Below are positions 50,659 to 57,886 of a stretch of 64,000 nucleotides of DNA, piece by piece. Under the pieces are notes generated by a model. It made no database searches. It saw only the letters and a program-made list of their open reading frames with translations, and was not told where the DNA came from. A program made the position numbers and the translations under genes. The stretch lies in IMG/VR virus record IMGVR_UViG_3300036760_001400. The stretch is one strand, 5' to 3'. Origin of the DNA: an uncultured virus (IMG/VR IMGVR_UViG_3300036760_001400) (lineage: Duplodnaviria; Heunggongvirae; Uroviricota; Caudoviricetes). The first letter of the stretch is position 1; the number at the start of each line of letters is the position of its first letter.

Positions 50659-51036
50659 CTACTCGTTCGGACGAATGGACGCTCCAAACCGAAGGTCCAT
50701 GACTTCCGTCGCATCAACTCCAAACCGGGCCCTGATATAGGTAGCGACAATTCTGATCGAGAATGGAACGGCCCCTGTTGCAGGAAGCATTGAGTACGAG
50801 TTCGTAAGCTCCCAGTTGGTCGAGTCGACCGACTGCTCGATCAACAGAGTTCCGGGAACAATTCCAGGAGCTGCCGCCGTCACCCGGGCAATCCCGGATA
50901 GGACAGCGTGACCGAGACCGACTCTCGATCCCAGAAGACGCGTTTCCGCTGGAATGATAGCCCCGATTGCCGAGAAAGTGGTAACCCCGTTCCGGGTGAA
51001 CAGGACCGCGCTCTTCATGACCGAAACGTCCGACAT
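50659..51036 (-). CDS. small beta-sandwich (jelly-roll-like) protein
   Basis: GTLLIEQSVDSTNW...ATYIRARF pattern. Confidence 0.5.
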   Translation of the reverse strand: MSDVSVMKSAVLFTRNGVTTFSAIGAIIPAETRLLGSRVGLGHAVLSGIARVTAAAPGIVPGTLLIEQSVDSTNWELTNSYSMLPATGAVPFSIRIVATYIRARFGVDATEVMDLRFGASIRPNE

Positions 51037-51045
51037 ACGGTTTCC

Positions 51046-51918
51046 TTAGTGCTTGACCATCTGATCCCACATCAGGATCGACTCGATCCAGCCCAGGAGA
51101 CAAACCTCGACCTTACGGTCCACCTTGGCAAGGTTCGACGCTACGATTGAAACGTGGTGACGATCGGTGATCTCGATGAGCGTATTCCCGATCTGATCGG
51201 GGAGGCACTGAAGATCCTGGCTGTTCTGAGACTGGACCGTTCCGTAGATGATACCCCCGGACGTCACCGTAGAACCCTGGGACTGGGACATCCACTTGAT
51301 CCCGGATCCATCGACCTTGAATGTGACCCCGACCATAGAAGGACACAGGGCATCATAAACGAGCATCTTTGTCCACTTGAAGATGGTCCTCAAGTTGACA
51401 AAGGTATCGAAGGATCCGAGTTCTACTGTTCCGGGAATGACACCGTCCTCGGAAGCCGGGGCGTCCGCGCAGAAACTGTAACGAATGATCTCCGCATCAC
51501 GGGAAGGCTCGATGTGGATCTGCTTCTTGATGATCGGAAGCTGAGAGAAAGGCGGAGGGCATTCGAACGGAGCTATGGACGGACGGCAGTAAGGATTTTC
51601 AATCTGGGTCATCGCCTCAGACTCGACTCTCGGCTGGCGAAGCATCGCTTCCCCGGTCGGAATCATCTGAGCCTGAATTCCCCGACCCAGGATACGAGTC
51701 GGATCGTAGAGGATCTCGTCAGGCGTAGTATCTACATACCTGCGAGGGAATCCACGTTTGAACGATGGGTAGACTGGACTGTTGAACTTCTGGTACTGGG
51801 CCTCGGTCCGGACCCCATCATCAGGAATCTTCGCGTCATTGTCGTAGACGGAGGGACCCCTGTCTTCACTGGAATCAGAACCAGGGCGCCCAGGTTCGGG
51901 TCGCTTGAACATACTCAT
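51046..51918 (-). CDS. putative minor capsid protein with C-terminal jelly-roll-like domain
   Basis: C-terminal IEITDRHHVSIVASN...VEVCLLGW parallels the ends of the two upstream capsid-like genes. Confidence 0.45.
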   Translation of the reverse strand: MSMFKRPEPGRPGSDSSEDRGPSVYDNDAKIPDDGVRTEAQYQKFNSPVYPSFKRGFPRRYVDTTPDEILYDPTRILGRGIQAQMIPTGEAMLRQPRVESEAMTQIENPYCRPSIAPFECPPPFSQLPIIKKQIHIEPSRDAEIIRYSFCADAPASEDGVIPGTVELGSFDTFVNLRTIFKWTKMLVYDALCPSMVGVTFKVDGSGIKWMSQSQGSTVTSGGIIYGTVQSQNSQDLQCLPDQIGNTLIEITDRHHVSIVASNLAKVDRKVEVCLLGWIESILMWDQMVKH

Positions 51919-51944
51919 GACAACGCCTCCTTGAGTATGAGCGA

Positions 51945-52457
51945 CTACCGAGTAAAAACTTTAATTCCGTGAATGACCAGCTCGATCGTCAGCGTCGCGC
52001 TTGCGCTCGTGTTGGTGATCTCCACCTGGATGGCAATGTTGGCACGGAAACGCCGACGTCCCTTGATGATGTAGGGACGCTGGGCGGTACCCGCGCCGTT
52101 ATCCGCATCAATGAAGTCGCCGTCCTGGGTCAGCGTCCGACCGACCGCTTCGCCTTCCTTGATCCTGAACCTGAAGGCATTCGTCGCCACGGGAGGCGTA
52201 GCCGCATCGACCGCCGTATAGGTGATCTCGATTGCGTCATAAGGGCCGTCGCCCGAGACGGTCTTCGTGATGACCGCCGTACCTCCGGGAGCGATCGAGA
52301 GAAACCGGAACGGAAAGAGAACCCAGTCCTCTGTCACATCCTCGGCAACTTTGAGGCGGCCAAGCTGGCCGATATATTGCTCGATACCGTTGATTCTATC
52401 GGCGATCTCCCCAAGCGAAGGCTCAGCGCCGAAACCGTTTCCACGTCGTCCGTTCAT
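51945..52457 (-). CDS. putative single-jelly-roll capsid protein
   Basis: all-beta 170 aa; GTAQRPYII...IQVEITNTS...IELVIHGIK; AGGAG SD; follows the putative MCP. Confidence 0.55.
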   Translation of the reverse strand: MNGRRGNGFGAEPSLGEIADRINGIEQYIGQLGRLKVAEDVTEDWVLFPFRFLSIAPGGTAVITKTVSGDGPYDAIEITYTAVDAATPPVATNAFRFRIKEGEAVGRTLTQDGDFIDADNGAGTAQRPYIIKGRRRFRANIAIQVEITNTSASATLTIELVIHGIKVFTR

Positions 52458-52499
52458 CGTCGTCTCCTAAGCACTCACTTGGACAGGTTTAAGGGAGAG

Positions 52500-52527
52500 C
52501 CCGGCTCCCCCTTTCGGGGGAGCCGGG
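52500..52527 (-). terminator. 12-bp hairpin downstream of the putative MCP gene
   Basis: CCCGGCTCCCCC/GGGGGAGCCGGG with GAAA loop on the - strand; no U tract. Confidence 0.5.
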
Positions 52528-52591
52528 ACTTGACTCCACATGGACAGCTACTTCATGTCTCAGTCGGCCGGCAATCAAGCCGACCTGACGG

Positions 52592-54621
52592 TTACATGAT
52601 GGGCTTCGTCCGGCGTCCGAGGAAGAGCACGCGCAGGCGGACCGACTCCGTAGGAGCGATACCGCCCGACCAATCCAGCAGCACCGTGAAGGTGTCGCCC
52701 GGATCGATCGTCACCAGGAACGGCCTCGTGAACGAGAGGACGTTGGTGATGTTGCCCGGCCCGGCAACCGACCGGAACTCGGGAGCCGCCGCGGCCCCGC
52801 GGACGGACTCGAGGAGCGACGCCCCGCCCATGACGAACTCGATGGGGATCGGATCGGGGATGTCGACAGAGTTGATGACCAGCGTGAAGCTGCCGTTCTG
52901 GACCAGCTTCGCGTTGGCGGTGAGGGTCAAGTCCTCCATTTTCACTCAGCGTATCCACGTCTTCTATTATGCACGTGGGCCGGACTGTATATTCGCCGGA
53001 TCTCGGCGGCCTTGTCAGTCTCTAGCGCGTGGATCCATTGTTTTCACGCGACGGTCTCGTGCCCGCTTGGGCTTTAACCGTTATTCGGCTGTTGCATGAA
53101 GGCTTCCGCCTTCAAGGGGCAATGTTAGTTTACCCAGGACCTGATCTGGAAGGCATTGACACCTGTGAGCTGTCCACCGCAGTCTGTTACTTTAATTGAC
53201 CAGAACCAAGGTTCTGGCGGTCACCTATTTCTAAGTGACTCCCGCTGTTTCCAGCGGGTTCAGAACGTATCATCGACTCGGCTTCGAGTCGCCCTTTGTC
53301 CTGAGGAGAACCAAGTTTGTGGCGGAGAGAAGGAACAAAATATTGTTCCAAGCGAGGAGCCATCTTATCTCGCCAGTCTTTCCATCGGAAATAGATGTTG
53401 AAGTAGACGCGCAGTGTTCCATCCTTCAGATAGTTCTTGTCTTTGTAAACTACCGAAGAAATTCCATACCGCAAGTCAAGCCAACCGCTGATAAGCTTGT
53501 TCTCTTCCTCCGTATAGCCATGAGTACAAAGCTTAACATTGTGGTTGACTACCTTGAGCTTATCCTTGCGATACTTGTGGCTAGAACTCCCATCGTCCAT
53601 AAACCAGATAGCCATTCCATGATCATCAAGCTGATCAAGAATCCTCTGGTTAACAGTCTTATAGAGCTTTCTGGTACCGTTCGAGTAATGCTCTACACGA
53701 CAGTTCTCATGAAAGATAGACCACAACTTCTGCCACTCAACATCACCTGATGTTCGGAATCTCCAAGTTGGCCATTCCTTCCCATTTACGGAAGACATGA
53801 TCATTTTTGGAGCAGCACGTACCATAGGCTTCAGCAGATCATATTTGTAAAACACATACTCCTTCTGGGCTTCTGAATGACCCAGCTCCATCATTGCCTT
53901 CTTGCCACGAGGATTAATGCTGGCGTCACCAAGCATCATCCCGTACAAAATGCTTCGATGGGTGTTTACAAAACGACGAACTGTCAGCGTATCTACATGC
54001 TTAACATCAGCGTTTCCCACAAAGGTTCTCCTGGTTCGTTCGGGCGGAGTTCCCTTTGATCCAAGGGGTTTCCGCCACGGTATTGTCTCAACGCGCTCAC
54101 TACACGTCAAGAGTTCCACCGTTATTAGGGTTCTCATCCAAGGTTACCCTTGGAGAGGGCCGAAGTTGACCTGCATGTTGGTTTCGGTCGCGGTCTTTCC
54201 GCCCTGCCCTTCGGGAACAGAGAAATACCTCTGCTCCGTGGTCAGGGTCGGCGTGGCTGCAACCGTGTTGGTATCATACAACCCGCTTGTTACCAATGAC
54301 TTGCGTCATTGGGATAGATCCTTTCGGTCTACCTCTTGCAGTTCGTTTTCTGCAAGTCCAGACTGTTGCATCACCCCGAAGGGTGCCCTCTCGCTCAGTC
54401 GTTCACGGTGACCATGATTATAATCGTGATCTTCCGCCTCGTTGGCATCTCAGCGTTCGAGTCAATCAGAGAGAGTTTTACAGGCGCCAGTTGCACAAAC
54501 GCCTGGTACACGTTTTTCGCCGGATCGTAACGTGTTGAAATTCAAGGACTTATTGTCCTTGGTCCCACGGTTTCATGAGGTTTCACTCAAGAAGGGCGCG
54601 ATCACCCTTGACGCGAGACAT
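52592..54621 (-). CDS. putative major capsid protein (single-jelly-roll type), spliced from five exons, 185 aa
   Basis: exons 54604-54621, 54499-54520, 54169-54283, 53132-53179, 52592-52946 total 558 nt and read MSRVKGAKNVYQAWLYDT...YFSVPEGQGGKTATETNMQVGGQL...FQIRSWVVKMEDL...LRVLFLGRRTKPIM without stops; AGGAG SD; high GC3. Confidence 0.7.
52947..53131 (-). mobile_element. group I intron 4, 185 nt, no ORF
   Basis: exon GGGU pairs with GCCC (U-G); P10 CAUU/AGUG; P7 GACUG/CAGUC; P9 CCACGU/ACGUGG; terminal G. Confidence 0.8.
53180..54168 (-). mobile_element. group I intron 3, 989 nt, with homing endonuclease
   Basis: exon ends in U, P1 GGUC/GGCC; P4 CGGU/ACCG; P7-like GAACG/CGUUC; ends GUAACAGACUG; removal restores MQV-GGQL. 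Confidence 0.8.
53187..54020 (-). CDS. intron-encoded LAGLIDADG homing endonuclease (two motifs)
   Basis: ILYGMMLGDASI and MAIWFMDDGS; AGGAG SD before GTG 54020; AT-richer than the exons. Confidence 0.88.
   Translation of the reverse strand: MGNADVKHVDTLTVRRFVNTHRSILYGMMLGDASINPRGKKAMMELGHSEAQKEYVFYKYDLLKPMVRAAPKMIMSSVNGKEWPTWRFRTSGDVEWQKLWSIFHENCRVEHYSNGTRKLYKTVNQRILDQLDDHGMAIWFMDDGSSSHKYRKDKLKVVNHNVKLCTHGYTEEENKLISGWLDLRYGISSVVYKDKNYLKDGTLRVYFNIYFRWKDWRDKMAPRLEQYFVPSLRHKLGSPQDKGRLEAESMIRSEPAGNSGSHLEIGDRQNLGSGQLK
54284..54498 (-). mobile_element. group I intron 2, about 215 nt, no ORF
   Basis: P1 CAGGCGU/GCGCCUG; P10 UGCAACU/GGUUGUA; P7 GACUG/CAGUC; ends GUAACAAGCG; junctions uncertain by 1-2 nt. 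Confidence 0.8.
54521..54603 (-). mobile_element. 83-nt group-I-like mini-intron (intron 1) with no visible catalytic core
   Basis: P1 AAGGGU/GCCCUU; P10 UCGC/GCGA; terminal G; unspliced frame hits TGA; removal restores the frame. Confidence 0.6.
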
Positions 54622-54795
54622 ACAAAACTCCTGAAACGTTCGACGGGTTGTAAGCGGGTTATCCCGTCAATCCCGCATATACCCAATCTCCAGCTGATCA
54701 GGCTGGAGAAAGAGATCATCTTTCTTTACCAGACGAAGCCCGTTTTTCAAAGATCCATGACGATCTTTCCATCGCCATGTACAACCAATCAATAT

Positions 54796-54870
54796 TGGTA
54801 GCGAGTCTTGGAGTCGCACCAGGTCCTCCGGCTTATGAAACCGGCGAAGCACCTCGGCTTCCGACTCGCG
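54796..54870 (-). tRNA. tRNA-Met (CAT), initiator-like
   Basis: acceptor GCGAGT/ACTCGC with 1:72 mismatch, anticodon arm CCGGT-TTCATAA-GCCGG, T-loop TGCGACT, encoded CCA. Confidence 0.85.
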
Positions 54871-54890
54871 CTATCTATCACAGAGCAAAC

Positions 54891-54925
54891 AAAAAAGGCC
54901 CGGAGAGCTTTCGCTCTCGGGCCTT
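54891..54925 (-). terminator. intrinsic terminator between the promoter and the tRNA/MCP
   Basis: GGCCCGAGAGC-GAAA-GCTCTCCGGGCC followed by TTTTTT. Confidence 0.75.
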
Positions 54926-54962
54926 GTGTGCCCCGCGTTGGACCTGTTGTCCCTTGGTGATG

Positions 54963-54990
54963 ATTATACGGTATGGCCGGTTAAGATCAA
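54963..54990 (-). promoter_or_regulatory. sigma70-type promoter
   Basis: TTGATC-16-TATAAT. Confidence 0.55.
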
Positions 54991-55014
54991 GAACTAAAAT
55001 GAAAGGAGAGCGTT

Positions 55015-55428
55015 ATGCGATTCACGGTAAACTTCGACCCGAAAAACCTCAGCGTGAAAAAGCCTGAATTCGAGGTAGAGAATTTCTTCATCATTCCCGG
55101 CTCAAGGATCGAAAATCTCAAGGAAGGCTATGGTCTGAAGATCTCCAGCATGGTCTGCATCCGATGTGAACGCGATATCATCCAGATCTCCGCATGTTCA
55201 AACGGAACCGGAAGTCTCGTGTGCCAATGTTCCTACTGGTCTTCCGATATATCCCCTTTCAGTGGGACAGCCCATGTCCAGGGGAGCTTGAAACACGAGT
55301 CTATCATGAGTGTCGAACAAAAAGCAGAGATGCTTCTCAGAGAGCTTACGAACGATCGCGACAATATCTATCAGGAAAGAAAGGGATTCACCCCTGAAGT
55401 CCGCAGAGCTCTCAAGGAGCTTCTTTGA
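55015..55428 (+). CDS. Cys-containing hypothetical protein, divergent from the capsid operon
   Basis: AAAGGAG SD; CIRC...CQC. Confidence 0.6.
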   Translation: MRFTVNFDPKNLSVKKPEFEVENFFIIPGSRIENLKEGYGLKISSMVCIRCERDIIQISACSNGTGSLVCQCSYWSSDISPFSGTAHVQGSLKHESIMSVEQKAEMLLRELTNDRDNIYQERKGFTPEVRRALKELL

Positions 55429-55443
55429 TCACGGCATGAGTAG

Positions 55444-55478
55444 AAAAAGAAAGGGCCCCCCTTTCGGGGGGCCCTTCT
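55444..55478 (-). terminator. intrinsic terminator between convergent genes
   Basis: GGGCCCCCC/GGGGGGCCC stem with a U-rich tail on the - strand. Confidence 0.7.
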
Positions 55479-55498
55479 ATCTACAAGCCCTGGAGGCT

Positions 55499-56815
55499 TT
55501 AGAACATCGCCGAGTCTTCGCTCGGCTCCTCGTCCCCTACGTCACCCAGGAGCTCCTCCTCGGTCACGATCCGCTGCCCGACATCGCTGACATCCCGGAG
55601 TTCATCCTGATCCGGAATGCGGGCCTGCGAAAGGTAACCCAGGTCGCGGAGTTCATCCTGGTCGGGAATCCGTGCCTGACCCAGACCGAACCCGGAGAGA
55701 CCCGGGATCTTCGGAAGGACATACGGCTTGACGAGCTCATCCTCGATGAACCGGCCGAAAGCGTACATCGCGCCGTACTGAGCCAGATTCCCGGACCCGA
55801 CGAGCCGGCCCAGCTCCCACGAGCCGACCGCCGACAGCGCCACGGGCGCGAACCTGGACAGAAGACCCATGATCCCCGGATCAGCGGGCTTGAGGAACGT
55901 GAGCATCCCGGTCAGTTTCTTCGCCGCCGCCGTGATGATGGGCGAGAGAGAAACGCCGCCGAGAGCCTCAAGACCGGACATGGAGGCAGCCATCTGGAAG
56001 GGCCCGACGATCGGCATGGAACCGGCCACCGAAGCGTCGGCGAGGCCAGCCATCATGCTCGAGTATCCGAGACCCTTGAGACCGAAGAACGACCCCAGGC
56101 CGCCCATCTTGCGACCGCCACGACGGCTACGACGCCGGGTGGAACGAGCCCGACGACTCCCACGACGGGAACGACGGGTCCGACGGGCCGCGCGATGACG
56201 ACGACGGGTCGCCTTCGCCTTACGACGGCTCTTCCGACGCTTCTTGTGGGACCCAAGGCCAGACAGGCCCTTGAGAGCCGCAAGCGTCTGGGACAGACCG
56301 CTCATGCGACGACGACGACCGCTGGACTTCCGACGCTTGTGACGACGGACCTTCGGTGCCGAGATCTTCGCGATGGTACGGGCAGCCGACTTCCGACGCC
56401 GACGGCTCCGACGCTTGGTCTTGGGAGCCTCGACAACAACCTGGCGATGACGCCGACGGCTGCTGCGACGACGACGGCCATGGACGCGAACCCGACGCGA
56501 ACGACGGGAACGCCGACGACCATGGGCGCGAACCCGACGGGAACGCCGACGGCTCTTCGACCGACGATGGCGCCGACGGCTCTTGACCCGACGAGCGCGG
56601 CCACGCGACCGATGCTTACGGCCCTTCCGACTCTTACGGCCCTTACGAGCCTTCCGCGTGCGACCGAGGCCTACATAGCCAAGGCCGTCCTCATCGTCCC
56701 CGTAATCACCGAGGCCGGAGAGGTCCGTGTCCAGGACATCCATGGGATCCATCTCATCGAGATCGATCTCATCTTCCCAGACAGGAGCGGAATTCGACAG
56801 GAGCTTCTTGGACAT
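55499..56815 (-). CDS. Arg/Ser-rich putative DNA-condensing core protein precursor
   Basis: AGGAG SD before MSKKLL; acidic N-terminus, about 180 aa of Arg-rich tracts punctuated by GLG/GLS, hydrophobic region, QARIPDQDELRD twice. Confidence 0.7.
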   Translation of the reverse strand: MSKKLLSNSAPVWEDEIDLDEMDPMDVLDTDLSGLGDYGDDEDGLGYVGLGRTRKARKGRKSRKGRKHRSRGRARRVKSRRRHRRSKSRRRSRRVRAHGRRRSRRSRRVRVHGRRRRSSRRRHRQVVVEAPKTKRRSRRRRKSAARTIAKISAPKVRRHKRRKSSGRRRRMSGLSQTLAALKGLSGLGSHKKRRKSRRKAKATRRRHRAARRTRRSRRGSRRARSTRRRSRRGGRKMGGLGSFFGLKGLGYSSMMAGLADASVAGSMPIVGPFQMAASMSGLEALGGVSLSPIITAAAKKLTGMLTFLKPADPGIMGLLSRFAPVALSAVGSWELGRLVGSGNLAQYGAMYAFGRFIEDELVKPYVLPKIPGLSGFGLGQARIPDQDELRDLGYLSQARIPDQDELRDVSDVGQRIVTEEELLGDVGDEEPSEDSAMF

Positions 56816-56905
56816 GTGTAATTCTCCTGGAAAACCACCTGCAAAGGGCGCTAAGCCCCAGGACATCCGTTCGAAGACGGCCCCAAACAAGGGGACATCT
56901 CAACG

Positions 56906-57247
56906 CTAGATCGGGGCATGAACCCGGTGATTCTCGGCCTTGCACCTATGGCACGTCGTCAGGAATTCCCAAGGCCCTTCTGCCTTAAGCTCTCCCAGGA
57001 AATGCTCACAAGCACGGCACGTGAGTCGGGTCGAACCCTCAAGCCTGGTCTTCCGAGGTCTTTTAGGAAGAGGCCTGTCGGATGTCCTTGGTTCGGATCC
57101 GGAGCTCACATTGGCCTGAGGCGCAGGCATCTTCTCAGGCTCCGGGCCAAGTACGTCCTTCGCGTCTGCTTTCTGCGAGACCTCACCATCAACAACTGGA
57201 TCCGGCTTCACGAAGAGCCCTTTCTGGCCCATAAGAGCCACTTTCAA
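56906..57247 (-). CDS. protein with C-terminal Com-like zinc ribbon
   Basis: LTCRACEHFLG...TCHRCKAEN resembles the Mu Com pattern. Confidence 0.6.
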   Translation of the reverse strand: MKVALMGQKGLFVKPDPVVDGEVSQKADAKDVLGPEPEKMPAPQANVSSGSEPRTSDRPLPKRPRKTRLEGSTRLTCRACEHFLGELKAEGPWEFLTTCHRCKAENHRVHAPI

Positions 57248-57307
57248 CCGGGCTCAACTACAAGCCCCTCTTCGCTACCAGACCCTTTACGGTCTCTCTG
57301 GATATTG

Positions 57308-57335
57308 ATTATAGCGTGAACGGTTTTCTACGCAA
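57308..57335 (-). promoter_or_regulatory. sigma70-type promoter
   Basis: TTGCGT-16-TATAAT. Confidence 0.5.
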
Positions 57336-57341
57336 GAGGAA

Positions 57342-57878
57342 TTAAGACAACTTCGATAAAACAACCAGGAAGGAATATCGGTCTGGTCCTATATCCGGCT
57401 CAAAAAGATCGATCGAAGTCTCTTTTAGCTGCTCGAGGTACCACATGAACACTTCCATCGTCAGGAAGTGGGCGTGAGCTGGATTCCTGACCTTTGGATT
57501 CGCGGGATCGTACTTGTAATGGACCTCGCTCGGCAGGTAAAGGATCATCTTTCCACCTGGCTTTACGAATGAAAGCCAGTACCTGAGGGTTTCGAGTATA
57601 GGGTTCTTCACATGCTCCAGTGCATGGCTCGAGAAAAGGACATCGTAGAACTGAGGTCTCTTTGAAACGAAAAGCTCATGGACAAGAACACCGGAGTGAT
57701 CAGGATCGATAGGAGACGCGATATCGATAGATGGAGGCTTCTTCGACCACTCCCTGGCGTCATCCACGCCGACAGCCCACGGTACGATCTTGGTGCCCCC
57801 GCATCCCAAATCGAGAACACTCTTTCCTTTGAGATAGGAAAGAACGCGTGGAAGAATCTTCTCGCCTTCAGTGGCCAC
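57342..57878 (-). CDS. class I SAM-dependent methyltransferase
   Basis: VLDLGCG, FSSHALEH, VKPGG. Confidence 0.85.
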   Translation of the reverse strand: MATEGEKILPRVLSYLKGKSVLDLGCGGTKIVPWAVGVDDAREWSKKPPSIDIASPIDPDHSGVLVHELFVSKRPQFYDVLFSSHALEHVKNPILETLRYWLSFVKPGGKMILYLPSEVHYKYDPANPKVRNPAHAHFLTMEVFMWYLEQLKETSIDLFEPDIGPDRYSFLVVLSKLS

Positions 57879-57886
57879 TTTCCGTC

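Noticed and set aside
54021..54137. N-terminal extension of the endonuclease ORF in the track
   Set aside because: It runs through ribozyme core sequence; the SD-led GTG at 54020 is the better start.
54536..54585. 50-nt translational bypass or MITE (TGAAA...TTTCA) after codon 12 of the MCP
   Set aside because: No matching landing codon in the needed frame and no target duplication; the P1/P10/terminal-G intron model fits better.
54583..54585. TGA recoding (alternative genetic code)
   Set aside because: TGA ends many genes with ATGA coupling, and the same frame also meets TAA.
54530..54592. Archaeal bulge-helix-bulge intron
   Set aside because: The outer helix is weak, the predicted cut gives the wrong frame, and the promoters look bacterial.
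55310..56821. 503-aa + strand ORF, and similar long antisense ORFs such as 15771-17198 and 51969-53099
   Set aside because: Shadows of GC-rich - strand genes that have the SD sites, motifs and operon context.
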